Virus record (IMG/VR): IMGVR_UViG_3300023174_000122
Coordinates: 21,344-85,343 of that record
Strand: one strand, 5' to 3'
Length of the DNA stretch: 64,000 nt
From: a virus
Below, piece by piece: positions 10,060 to 20,727 of the stretch. The translations under genes were made by a program, and so were the position numbers. The notes under the pieces were generated by a model. It worked only from the letters and a program-made list of their open reading frames with translations. It was not told the DNA's origin and ran no database searches. The stretch's first letter is position 1, and each line of letters starts with the position of its first letter.

Positions 10060-13000
10060 AAATAAAGTAGAAGCTATAACGCTAAATGGAAGCAACCAAT
10101 ATATGGGTGGCAAAATATATTTTTGCAGTTTTAGTCCAAATTTTAGTGAAAAGCCAAGCGAAGTTCAAGTTAATGTGATAAGTGAAAATGGTACATATTC
10201 TAAGCCAAATATTAATTTTAGTGCTCCAGTAAAAGTTAAAATTGGAAAATTAGATCTTGGCGATATGTACCCTTATAAATATAAAAATCGATATTCTTCT
10301 CAAGGAAATATTTTAGAAGTGTCATTTATAGATCCAAGTTTTATTTTAGATAAAATTTTTGTTGGATTAATTGGTAAGCATGGATGGAGTACAACCTTCG
10401 CAAAAGAAATAAAAGAATCAAATGAAAAAACTTTCTCAGAAGCTTTAGGAATACCTAGTAGTAGCAGCAGCAGTAGTAGCAGCGGTGTTGGCGAAGGTAC
10501 TGACATTTATCATAGAGTAACTGATAATTTTTGGTTAATTGGAAGACAATTTCATCCTTGCGATGAAAATAAAGATAATGTCATAACTCATCAAGAAGCA
10601 TATAATGTAGATCCTTGTGATCCATGTCCATCTTGTCCAGAAGATAAATATGAGAATCGTTGCAAAGAATTAGCTTATACAACTATATTTGAAGTAGGAT
10701 ACTGTTTTCAAGATCTAATTGATACGGTTTCAAGTTTTAAGATTAAGCAAGGTTCAACAGACATAACTTTAGAAACTCCTCAAGGATTAACTATAGATCA
10801 ATTAAATAAATTCTATAGAGACTACCACGGACCTTTAAGAGAAGTCTTAACAGCTTGGGCAAATGATTTTGGTCTTAATTGGTATTACGATATAAAAGAT
10901 AAAAAAATTAAATTCATCGATATCTCGTCGAAAGAAATACAAGTAGATGTTAAAACTACAATTGCTAAATATGATAAAAAAAGTCTTATTTCTTATGATC
11001 ACGAAGTATCTGCTGAAAATACTAGTCAACGAGGCGCAATCTCTTGGTATGAAAGGGGTGGAGAAAGAAAAAGCGCAGACTGCTCGAAGGCTAATACGGT
11101 TATACTTTCTGCGCTATATGGGGCCGATTATCTTGGTAATAGAAGTCGAACTCTTCTTAAAGGAGATGACATTAATTCTAATACGGACATAATGGGCTCA
11201 ATATTAAGAGCTTATAACCCATTACTTCGTGAATTATTCTGGCAAAGAGCCGTTTATAAAATGAACAAATCATCAGATCTAATAGATTATATCAATGATT
11301 TTTCTATAGGTGCTGGTAGCAGTAGCAGCAGCAGCAGCAGCAGTGTTCCATTTGGAAGTTTTGGTGATGATAATTATGAATATCAATCATCTAATAATAA
11401 AATACTACCAGAACTAGGAGATATGCAAATTCTTGCAGTTATTGATTGCGGTTTATCTAAAACCGATAAAGAAAAAACAACTTTTCAAAAATTTGCTAAT
11501 GCTCAATATGAAGATCTAACAAGAAGCATGAACACTTACGATAGAATAAAATTTATTCAAAATAGCGGATTTTTTGTTGTTGCGTATATAAATGAAGATA
11601 CTTTAGCTAAAAGGTACGATATGGAAGATGAGCTTTATAGTTTTCTTGGTAAATTTTTTATTAGAGAGCACCTTTTTCGTTTGTGTGGAATCACTGGAAA
11701 TGATGAATTTGTAAAAAATAATACTAACTTAGAGTCTGCTGATGGCACAGCTACTATTTATTCTAAAAAAGATGGTATTGGTAGTCATCCATTAAGTAAA
11801 TATAAATTTTATAAAAGTGGTTATTTAGGATGTATTGTTGGAAGTGGTAATGTATCTACGACAGATCCAAAATCAAATAAAGGAGCTATTGGACAGAGTC
11901 AAGGATTTCAAATGCAGGAAAGACAAGCAAATGGAATAAATACAGTGCAGTTACAAGAAACTCCTCAAAAATATGTTGATGCAGGAGGAAGTGCTGGATC
12001 TATGATATCTCCTGAAAAAGGTAAAGAAAGTATGTCTAGATTTGAGCAAACTGCAATTATTTTAGAGCGAGAACCTAAGTGGTATCCAGAAGTTCAATTA
12101 TTTCAAGATCAATATAATGATTACATTAATAAAAATTTAAGTCAAATGGAATGGAAATTATTTGGAAATAATGGCATGCCTCCTGGATCCGATTGGGTGA
12201 CAACAGCATTTGGAGGAAATACTGGATTTTTAAAAAGTGGAATAGCTGGATCAATTAAAGTATTTGTTGTGGAGACTGGAGATTTTCCTGTATATCCTTT
12301 ATTCCAAGAAGATTTCGGTAGTACTTACTCGCATCCTATAGATCAAACGGCTACCGCTTCCAGAAAAATGCTAAGAAGAGTAGGCGGAAAATATTCTCCT
12401 CAAACTCCAATAGGATTATTAAATAATACATGTCATAAGATTAACTTTGGTAAAAGTAAAACTCTACCAGAAATTTATACTCCACCACATACTTTTGTCA
12501 AATCAACTAAAAAAGATTTAATAGAAAAAGATATTTTAAGTGAAACAAAGTCTCAAGGAGCAGGAGGAGGAGCTAAATCTTGTGATGTAGGTCTAGGAAA
12601 AGAACCTCACAGAGTGCCAGCTTATAGAGTATATGTTTCTCAATCTTTTTCTCAAGCGGTTACATTGCCAAAAATACAAACTGGAGTATTTTCGAATATG
12701 AAATGCGATACTGCCGTAAGAAATTTAAATGTTAGTTATACTAAATTAACTGATGATGATTTTAAAAGCTATACGGGAAGTAACGGTTATGGATGTATTC
12801 CTGATACAAGATATTTAGATGGAATAAATAACGCTTATACTGGGAATGTTTTTTCTAATACTGTACCAGATGATAGTTTGAATATAGAAATCAAAGGTTT
12901 ACCAGATCTTCAAGACTACGCTCAAGAAATTAAGCAAGGTTTAGATAGTGTTAATATACAAATTTCTGATCAAGGCATTAATTCAACTTTGCAATACAGT

Positions 13001-13084
13001 ACAAAAATGGTAAAAGGCATATCTTCAGATTTATTAAAATTCCAAAATTCTAGAAGATTTGATAAAAATGCTAGAGGCATATAA
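10049..13084 (+). CDS. Putative baseplate hub / tail-tip protein with poly-Ser tracts and an EF-hand-like loop
   Basis: 1011 aa. Hub-like segments (LEVSFIDPSFILDK; LREVLTAWANDFGLNWYYD..KIKFID; LDSVNIQISDQGINSTLQY) and position in the tail module. Confidence 0.5.
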   Translation: MSTKNKVEAITLNGSNQYMGGKIYFCSFSPNFSEKPSEVQVNVISENGTYSKPNINFSAPVKVKIGKLDLGDMYPYKYKNRYSSQGNILEVSFIDPSFILDKIFVGLIGKHGWSTTFAKEIKESNEKTFSEALGIPSSSSSSSSSGVGEGTDIYHRVTDNFWLIGRQFHPCDENKDNVITHQEAYNVDPCDPCPSCPEDKYENRCKELAYTTIFEVGYCFQDLIDTVSSFKIKQGSTDITLETPQGLTIDQLNKFYRDYHGPLREVLTAWANDFGLNWYYDIKDKKIKFIDISSKEIQVDVKTTIAKYDKKSLISYDHEVSAENTSQRGAISWYERGGERKSADCSKANTVILSALYGADYLGNRSRTLLKGDDINSNTDIMGSILRAYNPLLRELFWQRAVYKMNKSSDLIDYINDFSIGAGSSSSSSSSSVPFGSFGDDNYEYQSSNNKILPELGDMQILAVIDCGLSKTDKEKTTFQKFANAQYEDLTRSMNTYDRIKFIQNSGFFVVAYINEDTLAKRYDMEDELYSFLGKFFIREHLFRLCGITGNDEFVKNNTNLESADGTATIYSKKDGIGSHPLSKYKFYKSGYLGCIVGSGNVSTTDPKSNKGAIGQSQGFQMQERQANGINTVQLQETPQKYVDAGGSAGSMISPEKGKESMSRFEQTAIILEREPKWYPEVQLFQDQYNDYINKNLSQMEWKLFGNNGMPPGSDWVTTAFGGNTGFLKSGIAGSIKVFVVETGDFPVYPLFQEDFGSTYSHPIDQTATASRKMLRRVGGKYSPQTPIGLLNNTCHKINFGKSKTLPEIYTPPHTFVKSTKKDLIEKDILSETKSQGAGGGAKSCDVGLGKEPHRVPAYRVYVSQSFSQAVTLPKIQTGVFSNMKCDTAVRNLNVSYTKLTDDDFKSYTGSNGYGCIPDTRYLDGINNAYTGNVFSNTVPDDSLNIEIKGLPDLQDYAQEIKQGLDSVNIQISDQGINSTLQYSTKMVKGISSDLLKFQNSRRFDKNARGI

Positions 13085-15177
13085 TGGTAACAAACTCTTT
13101 CATAAGAAGAAATTTTTTAAACCAAACTGGAGATTTTAATACCACTTGGAAAATTTCTGCTAATAATCTTACTGGATCTGGCTCTTTTGGCTTGAGTGGA
13201 GTAGGACAAAATTATTCATTTACAATAAAAAGTGGAGAAATATATGACCCATATAATAAACTGCTTGGTTCATATCAAGTTAATATACCTTTTACTTTAC
13301 AAAATAATATAAATAATTCAAAAGACTCCTTATATTATAATGAATCTCCTAAATTTTTATTTAAAACTAATGATTTTTTTACAAATCATAATTATAATTA
13401 TTTTTTCGTTAATCCTTCTGGCCTAGATATTGATTTTGATTTTTTTATAAAAGGCGAAGCAACTACTTTACAAATTTCCACATTAAATCGTAGGTCTAAA
13501 AATGATAATACTAATGTCATAGTAAATACAATAACTGGTAAAATTGTTAACACGAATAGTAATTTAAATGTAAAAATTTTTGATGGAAATATTCTAGATG
13601 CTCCGCAGTATACATTATCTGGATTTCCACTATCTTTTAATGATACTGGATACTTTTACATAAATTCAGATAGTGGGACAAATAAATTTTTAAATAATAA
13701 CTTAAATTTAGGAATGGTTTTAAACACTAATTTTGGACAAAGCAATTTTAATCTAAATATCGTAAATGAGTATATACCTTTTAGATTTTCTTCACTTTCA
13801 CTAAGTCCAAGCGGGGATATGTCTATAGCCCAAGATCAAACATTAAATGTATTAGCTCAATATGGTACTGATAGTGGTTCGTTTTTAAATATAAAATTAG
13901 AGTATATATCTGGTTCGACTGGATTTTTTACTGGATATCTTCCAGGTACAGGATATGTAACTGATACAATTTATGGGATAATAACTGGATCTGGTTATAT
14001 AGAAAAAATATTAAATTATCCAATCTTATTAACAGGATATAACGCATTCAAATCAAGTTATGATTATTCTGAGGCAACAAATATAAAAATAACTGGTTTT
14101 GCTTATGCTACTGGAGATGTTATATTTAATTATTCTGTGACTGGAACTGGATTAGGTACAGGTTTTGCATATTTAGATATACCTTCTAGTGGAAATATTA
14201 ATGTTCATCTTTCTGGATATGTACCTTATGTAGGAGGTGGACTTTTAAGTTATACAACTGGTAATTTTATAACAACTGGATATTCAGTAGATCAAAGCAA
14301 TGACCCAATAACAATAACTGGATATTCTTCTCAAGTCACAAATTTTATAAACGTAAAATATACTGGAGATATAACTGGAGTATTTTTAGAGAGTGGGCAG
14401 TATAAAAGCAAACTATTTAGTGGATATCATACGTCTTCATATGCTGGACAAAAAATAACCAGCGACCCATATTATTTATTAGCTACTGGATACGCTACTG
14501 GATATAACAAAACTGGAATTGTAGATGCTGATTTTTTTAGATTTTTTGAAGGTGGAAATTATTTTTTTATAAAGAACGCCACAGGAATTTCTGGGTATTC
14601 TCTTATATCTGATTCTGAAAATGTAATTACTGGATTATCAGGCTTATTAAATTGTAAAACTGCAGATCCTATAAAATATTCTGGTATAGCATTAATGTCT
14701 GGGATTAATAAATTTAATCTTTTTGTAGATGAGTGCGATGAAAATCCAATATTCTTTTATTTTCTAGCTACTGGTAAAGCTATTGGAGAAATTAATTTAT
14801 ATTCCGCCTTAGATAATAAAGTGGTTGATGCTGATATATTAAAATTTTTAATTATTGGCGCCAGTGGAAGCAATAAGAACAAATTTGCTAATTTAGAAAA
14901 CTTAAATTATTTAACTGGGAACGCTTATGGAACTGGAATAAGAACTAGGATATCTCATCTTGGAAATACTATAAGTGGAAGTGGATATTTTAGTGGTATT
15001 TTTTCAGAAGGTTCTTGCGAAAATTTAGGCATTTGGGAGCATAATTTTATTGATTTTACAATTACCACTGGTCTTTATCTAACAAATAACTATATATCTT
15101 CTTTTGAAAGTAAAATTATCTCTTCGGAAGAGAATATATCCTCTAATTTCAATAGTATTAAGTTCACTATTCTATAA
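13084..15177 (+). CDS. Virion structural protein, very TG/SG-rich
   Basis: 697-aa ORF coupled to the upstream gene, with about 50 TG/SG dipeptides by manual count. Confidence 0.55.
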   Translation: MVTNSFIRRNFLNQTGDFNTTWKISANNLTGSGSFGLSGVGQNYSFTIKSGEIYDPYNKLLGSYQVNIPFTLQNNINNSKDSLYYNESPKFLFKTNDFFTNHNYNYFFVNPSGLDIDFDFFIKGEATTLQISTLNRRSKNDNTNVIVNTITGKIVNTNSNLNVKIFDGNILDAPQYTLSGFPLSFNDTGYFYINSDSGTNKFLNNNLNLGMVLNTNFGQSNFNLNIVNEYIPFRFSSLSLSPSGDMSIAQDQTLNVLAQYGTDSGSFLNIKLEYISGSTGFFTGYLPGTGYVTDTIYGIITGSGYIEKILNYPILLTGYNAFKSSYDYSEATNIKITGFAYATGDVIFNYSVTGTGLGTGFAYLDIPSSGNINVHLSGYVPYVGGGLLSYTTGNFITTGYSVDQSNDPITITGYSSQVTNFINVKYTGDITGVFLESGQYKSKLFSGYHTSSYAGQKITSDPYYLLATGYATGYNKTGIVDADFFRFFEGGNYFFIKNATGISGYSLISDSENVITGLSGLLNCKTADPIKYSGIALMSGINKFNLFVDECDENPIFFYFLATGKAIGEINLYSALDNKVVDADILKFLIIGASGSNKNKFANLENLNYLTGNAYGTGIRTRISHLGNTISGSGYFSGIFSEGSCENLGIWEHNFIDFTITTGLYLTNNYISSFESKIISSEENISSNFNSIKFTIL

Positions 15178-15185
15178 TGAAACTA

Positions 15186-15191
15186 GTGTAA
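15186..15191 (+). promoter_or_regulatory. GTGTAA candidate late-promoter motif followed by an AGGA-N-AGGA ribosome-binding region
   Basis: Intergenic GTGTAA 25 nt before ATG 15217. The same hexamer occurs in six other short intergenic gaps. Confidence 0.6.
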
Positions 15192-15216
15192 ATACACGAA
15201 GGAAAAAGGAAAAAAT

Positions 15217-16182
15217 ATGTATATTCCAGTGCAATACCCCAGAGATCCTTGTAATCTTCCTATTGAAAGTGGTGAAGCCCCAAATTTTAATTTTACTTTA
15301 GAAAATAAATTAAATTTAGATTACTCTACAAAGCATAAAGTTATAATATATAAAAGTGGCATAAATACTGGATACTGGCCTATATTTGAAACAAATTATC
15401 AAAATAATTTAAACTTTAATTTAAAACTAGACTCTGGGGAGTACAAGACTGAAATTAAGAGCATATACCAAGAAGATAAGACCTATTTAAATTTTTGTAA
15501 TAATGGGATAGAAGTTTTAAATTTTATTGATACATCTATTAGCAATCAATCTGGTTTTAAAGTTTTTAAAACTTCTCTTGAATTATTCTTTGAAGATTTT
15601 TTGAAAGAAAATTCAAAAAACAAAATTGCAAACATTTATTTTGACAATGATCCACAAAATATAACTGGGTTTGATTTTACTAATAGCACTGGAATTTTAA
15701 GAAATTCTTTAACAGGAGTTAAGATTCTAAATTCTTATTTGGACGGTACATCAATCGTAGAAGCTATTCCTTATATAGATCGAGTATCTTGGTCTGAAAA
15801 CAGCAATAATACAATACAAATCGTTAATATTATCACTAATAGTGCCCCATATATAATTGGTGGTACTTCTCCTCGACCAAGTCTAACAGATATTTACTAT
15901 TCTCCACCGTTTGAAATTAGATATAGAACATTAGCGAATTATTTAAATACTTATCTAGGGCCTGAGAGGTCAATTAATTTTATATTTTTTAATAAAAATT
16001 TAAACTTAAATGTAAACGAAAAACAATTTAAATACAATGAAAACCAAGTTAAATTATTTTACAAAACTTTAGCTTTTGAACTAGATGGTTTATTTGGAGA
16101 AAATGAAGTATCTCCTATTATAAAATCTATAAATAACGCTAGAGATATTCAAAAACAAAGAGTAGATTGTCCAGATGAGTAA
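15217..16182 (+). CDS. Hypothetical protein (tail module)
   Basis: 321-aa ORF with an SD-like AAGGAAAAAGGA upstream. No family recognised. Confidence 0.6.
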   Translation: MYIPVQYPRDPCNLPIESGEAPNFNFTLENKLNLDYSTKHKVIIYKSGINTGYWPIFETNYQNNLNFNLKLDSGEYKTEIKSIYQEDKTYLNFCNNGIEVLNFIDTSISNQSGFKVFKTSLELFFEDFLKENSKNKIANIYFDNDPQNITGFDFTNSTGILRNSLTGVKILNSYLDGTSIVEAIPYIDRVSWSENSNNTIQIVNIITNSAPYIIGGTSPRPSLTDIYYSPPFEIRYRTLANYLNTYLGPERSINFIFFNKNLNLNVNEKQFKYNENQVKLFYKTLAFELDGLFGENEVSPIIKSINNARDIQKQRVDCPDE

Positions 16183-19100
16183 ATATCTTACAAGAATAAA
16201 TTCTTCAAGCGGAAATTATGGTGATTCCTTTGGATTGACCACTGCTATTAACGGTGACGGAAAATTAATTTATGTTTATTCTTATGAGAATACTGGAGTT
16301 CACGTTTATTTAAAAAATAATTTTACTAACCAATGGATACCAAGTCATTATATAGATCGTACTGATCAATCCGATCCGATTGGATCTTTACAGATTAAAG
16401 TAAACAATCTTGGAAATATACTTTTATTTTCTGATGAAAAGCGGTTTTGGAGTTACAAAGCCCCAGTATATGATTTTGGATATGACTCCGCCAAAGGAGT
16501 TGTAAAAACAGAATTTATAAATAAATTAGCTATTAATTCAAATGGTAGAAAAATAATCACTAGCACAAAAAAACTAGACAATATTCCTAAAAAAGTTATT
16601 TTATATGATGAAGATAAAACCAGCGTAGCAAATTATGGTTTTACAGACTATTCAAGTCTTAAAGTTAAACAATTCGTTGATCCAACAATGGCAAGTTTAA
16701 ATTGCTATAAAAAAATTGGAGTCGGTCTGGACCACTTTACTGTATTAAAAACCAACGGAAAAGTAACTGGCTGGGGATATGATTATATGGATGCAAATTC
16801 ATTTCCTACTGGATTTACTAATGAAAATGATTTAATCAATGTGACTGATTTAGCATCCTTTGCTTATGGAAATCTTTTGATATACAATAGCGGTACATAT
16901 ACTGGATTGATAACTGGTTTCGGTTATAGCCAACTTTATAATGGAGACCCAAAAAGAACTGTATTTTCTAATATTCCTAAAAATACAGGTTTTACAAAAA
17001 TAGCAGCATTGAATGGTATTGCCTTGGCTATCAATCAGAATAGTGGGACAGTTTTTAATTGGGGAGATGACACCAACATAGATTGGTATAGTTATCCAGC
17101 GATAACACCTGATCAAATACCTAAACCACTACATCCTATAACTGGCGCGGTAGACATTGCATTGGGAGGGAAGCTGGGTCTTTATAATAGATCAACCGTT
17201 TATTTAATTCTTTTAAAAAATAATACTTGCACGGGTTGGGGTTATAAAGATAATGGTCATTTCAATTTTCCATACCGTAATGGTAAAAAAATAAAATCAA
17301 TTTCAGCTGGGATGAAAAATTCTTATTTATTATTTGATGATGGTGTCATACGTGGTTCTCCTGATATCAATGTCGCAGAGGGCTACAATGGTATGATTCC
17401 TTGGGAGTGTTTTGGAAGTGCTACTAGAATTAAAACTTCGAGTAAAGTTTCTTTAATTGATAATGATGATTTTAATCATGGTTTTACAGGACAAGGAGGA
17501 ATTACTACTTTTTATTCCCCATCTAATTACTATGGAGAAGACTACTCATCATTTTTCAAACCTTTTGGTGACAGTAGTCTACTTTATGATCGTCCTGAAG
17601 TTCTACCTTATGAATATACTCCAGCAGAAATAAATTTAAGAAATTCCGTGGATTTTGATTTATTTGATAGAACGCCTGAGGAATACGACGACATCGGTTT
17701 CGGTTTGTATACTAATAATATGTTTCCAGTAACTCATAATTTAAACGCTGTAATCAAAGAAAATGGAAAAATACATACTTGGCTTGGAACTTCAAGTACG
17801 AATGCTTTATCCATAGAGTTTAAGGATCTAAAGTGGGACCCGAATGGCAATGGCTACCCAGAAGAGTTCACCCGAACGATGATGAAAGAAGAATTGCTGC
17901 GTATCCCAGAATCAATACAAGAATGTACTGGCGAGGGTAATATAAATTCTAAGTTTGGAGATTCAATTGCTATGAACTCTGGGAATTTAATTTTTATCGC
18001 TGACCCTAGTTATAATAATACTGGAATTATTTATATATATTCTGAGCAATTAAATTGGGAAAAGACTGGAATAATAACTGGTAGTAAAAATAAAATCAAT
18101 GAATCTTTTGGTGAAAATTTTTATATCACAGATGATGGAAACACTGTTGTAGTGGGTTGCCCAGAGACATTTGATAAATCTGGATCTTTTTATATTTTTC
18201 AAAAAGAAGCAAATTCTTGGCAAGAAAAATTTAATGTTACTGGTTTTAGTGGAGAACATTATTCAGGACTTGGTAGTAAAATTATTATTAATGATTCAAA
18301 AAATTTAATTTTAGTTTCATCTTTAAGTGGATCTGGATCAATACATTTATATACTGGAAATAATCAAGGTTGGAGTGGCATAAGTATGATAAGTAATCCA
18401 TCAAACCCAATCTCTGGATCATGGAATTTAAATACTTTTAATCAATGGACAGCTAGCAAAAATTTAGAAACTTTAATTATACCAGATCCATATTTTAACT
18501 CAGGTGTGCCACAAACAATTTCTACTACAGTACGAATTCAAGAAGTAGCAAAAATAAGTGGAAACGATTTATCTTTCAACGATAATTTTGGTATTAGCTT
18601 AGCCATGAACTCGTCAGGAAATATTGTTGTAGTGGGTTCATATGGAGACGATATAAACGGAATTTCTAACGTTGGTTCTGCTTATATCTTTAATGGAAAT
18701 GGAGCTAATTGGGTTCAAGTAGCAAAGATCACAGGACGTGATGGTAGCGCAAACGATAGCTTTGGCTGTAGCGTAGCAATAAACTCGGGAGGAAATATTA
18801 TCCTTGTGGGCGCAAGTGGCGACTTATCTGGTACTGGTTCAGCTTATATCTTTACTGGAGATGGCGTCAATTGGGCACAAGCGGTAAAGATTACAGGAAG
18901 CAATTCTACTACAAATGGAAATTTCGGTTGTAGCGTAGCTCTAAATGCGTCAGGAGATGTTGCGCTCATAGGCGCAGTCAATGATAATATAATAGACCTT
19001 AGACCAAACTACGAAACCTTGAATTGGTACGGCCTTCAGGAACCCGAGGACGAAAATGGAAACCCAATCCCACCCGTAAACAGAAAACAAGGCGGCTCTG

Positions 19101-20686
19101 CTTATATTTTCACTGGAGATGGAGCTAATTGGAAAGAAGCTATGAAAATTAGACAACCAATGTATACTTCAAGTCAGTTAGACAATGAAGTGGACGACCA
19201 CGACCCCAGGGACGGTACCCCATTCTCATATAAACTATTCACTAATATTTCTGGTAATGCTATTCCATGGATGAACATGTATTACTGGTCAGCCAATGTA
19301 ACATATCGGATGGTCCTTCCAGACGCTTTTGGTTGTAGTGTAGCTCTAAATGCATTAGGAGACACAGCTATTATAGGAGCATCTAATACTCTTTTAGGTG
19401 ACGGAAGTGGCAGGTATTTCCCCCCACCGCACTATGACTCATTTGGTTCACTCAAGGTAAACGGTGGATCTGTATATGTATATACTGGAGCTGGAACAGG
19501 TTGGGCATGGGCTACTCAAATTTTTAAAGACCCAAATGGACCAAATTTTAATTGGAACTTACCTAATGAGCCTTATAACAGTATAGACTATGACGCTGGG
19601 CTATCGGATTACTATGGCCGTTCAGAAGATTTGTTTATAAGTGATTATTATGGAAGTAGTGTAGCTATAAATTCATCGGGAAATATTTTGCTTGTAGGGT
19701 CTTCTGAAGATCTAGTCTCAGTTGCTAGCAATGAAGGAGCAGTATATTCATATACTGGAAATAAAAATAAGTGGAAGCAATCTGCAAAAATAAGTGGAAG
19801 TCAAAACACTGCAAGATCCACAAACCATTTTTTTGGACATAGATTAGCTCTAAATAGCGAGGGAAATACTGCTGTCATAAGTTCAGAGGCAGGAAATTTA
19901 TTTGTTTTTAGCGGTGGCCCAAGTAATTGGACAAAATATCAATATATTCAACCTTTTGTAACTCCAGAGAATTTTGGTAATGCCTTAGCTATTAATAGTT
20001 CAGGAAATGTTTTTGCTGTAGGCGCTCCCAAAAATGATACTTATGGCGAAAATTTTGGCCTCGCTTATATTTTGGCGGATAACTCTTCACCTCAATTTTC
20101 TAATTTTGGTGGCGGTGGCAGTGGTACTCTTTATGTTATTGAGGGAGACTATTTTGGCGATTATATTCCTTTACCTATCAGTTCGAGTAGTTCTTCTTCG
20201 TCTTCTAGTTCTTCGTCTTCTAGTTCTTCGTCTTCTAGTTCTTCGTCTTCTAGTTCTTCGTCTTCTAGTTCTTCGTCTTCTAGTTCTTCGTCTTCTAGTT
20301 CTTCGTCTTCTAGTTCTTCGTCTTCTAGTTTACCTAATTACTTAACTAATCCAAATTATGAAACTTGTAAAAATTGCTGCGGAGTAGCTCCTTCTTTAAA
20401 TATCACTAATTTAAGAAGAAACAATTTAAATAAATTTAATGCAACTTTATCTATAGGGATAGAAAATAAAAATTGCTCTGATATTGTTGATTCTTATAAA
20501 GTATATTCTAATAATGATGTAATTTATGAAAATCTATATTCTGCGACTCCATCAGGGACTTACAATAAAGTAATAACAGTTTTCAATATATCTCCTATTA
20601 ATAACTGGGCAGAAATAAAATTAAAAGTAAATAATATATCAAATATATATCAAATCGCAACTGGTTTTAACGCAAGTTTTTATTAA
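16175..20686 (+). CDS. Large tail fibre/adhesin-like protein with FG-GAP (integrin-alpha-type) and RCC1-like propeller repeats and a 50-Ser linker
   Basis: Repeated FGxSVAxNxxGxxxxVGA...GSAYIFxGxGxxW units, RCC1-like HFTVLKTNGKVTGWG, and a poly-Ser tract near the C-terminus. Confidence 0.75.
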   Translation: MSKYLTRINSSSGNYGDSFGLTTAINGDGKLIYVYSYENTGVHVYLKNNFTNQWIPSHYIDRTDQSDPIGSLQIKVNNLGNILLFSDEKRFWSYKAPVYDFGYDSAKGVVKTEFINKLAINSNGRKIITSTKKLDNIPKKVILYDEDKTSVANYGFTDYSSLKVKQFVDPTMASLNCYKKIGVGLDHFTVLKTNGKVTGWGYDYMDANSFPTGFTNENDLINVTDLASFAYGNLLIYNSGTYTGLITGFGYSQLYNGDPKRTVFSNIPKNTGFTKIAALNGIALAINQNSGTVFNWGDDTNIDWYSYPAITPDQIPKPLHPITGAVDIALGGKLGLYNRSTVYLILLKNNTCTGWGYKDNGHFNFPYRNGKKIKSISAGMKNSYLLFDDGVIRGSPDINVAEGYNGMIPWECFGSATRIKTSSKVSLIDNDDFNHGFTGQGGITTFYSPSNYYGEDYSSFFKPFGDSSLLYDRPEVLPYEYTPAEINLRNSVDFDLFDRTPEEYDDIGFGLYTNNMFPVTHNLNAVIKENGKIHTWLGTSSTNALSIEFKDLKWDPNGNGYPEEFTRTMMKEELLRIPESIQECTGEGNINSKFGDSIAMNSGNLIFIADPSYNNTGIIYIYSEQLNWEKTGIITGSKNKINESFGENFYITDDGNTVVVGCPETFDKSGSFYIFQKEANSWQEKFNVTGFSGEHYSGLGSKIIINDSKNLILVSSLSGSGSIHLYTGNNQGWSGISMISNPSNPISGSWNLNTFNQWTASKNLETLIIPDPYFNSGVPQTISTTVRIQEVAKISGNDLSFNDNFGISLAMNSSGNIVVVGSYGDDINGISNVGSAYIFNGNGANWVQVAKITGRDGSANDSFGCSVAINSGGNIILVGASGDLSGTGSAYIFTGDGVNWAQAVKITGSNSTTNGNFGCSVALNASGDVALIGAVNDNIIDLRPNYETLNWYGLQEPEDENGNPIPPVNRKQGGSAYIFTGDGANWKEAMKIRQPMYTSSQLDNEVDDHDPRDGTPFSYKLFTNISGNAIPWMNMYYWSANVTYRMVLPDAFGCSVALNALGDTAIIGASNTLLGDGSGRYFPPPHYDSFGSLKVNGGSVYVYTGAGTGWAWATQIFKDPNGPNFNWNLPNEPYNSIDYDAGLSDYYGRSEDLFISDYYGSSVAINSSGNILLVGSSEDLVSVASNEGAVYSYTGNKNKWKQSAKISGSQNTARSTNHFFGHRLALNSEGNTAVISSEAGNLFVFSGGPSNWTKYQYIQPFVTPENFGNALAINSSGNVFAVGAPKNDTYGENFGLAYILADNSSPQFSNFGGGGSGTLYVIEGDYFGDYIPLPISSSSSSSSSSSSSSSSSSSSSSSSSSSSSSSSSSSSSSSSSSSSSSSSSSLPNYLTNPNYETCKNCCGVAPSLNITNLRRNNLNKFNATLSIGIENKNCSDIVDSYKVYSNNDVIYENLYSATPSGTYNKVITVFNISPINNWAEIKLKVNNISNIYQIATGFNASFY
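20195..20329 (+). repeat. Perfect 15-nt tandem repeat (TCTTCGTCTTCTAGT x9) encoding poly-Ser
   Basis: Read directly: 135 nt = 9 units, part of a 50-Ser run at 20180-20329. Confidence 0.95.
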
Positions 20687-20693
20687 AATAAAA

Positions 20694-20722
20694 TAGATTT
20701 ATTATTAATATACATATATAAT
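20694..20722 (+). promoter_or_regulatory. Sigma70-type promoter, leaderless
   Basis: TAGATT-N17-TATAAT-N5-ATG(20728). Confidence 0.55.
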
Positions 20723-20727
20723 TTGAT

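Noticed and set aside
20034-20345. 103-aa ORF with LLVLR repeats
   Set aside because: Alternate-frame reading of the 15-nt poly-Ser repeat.
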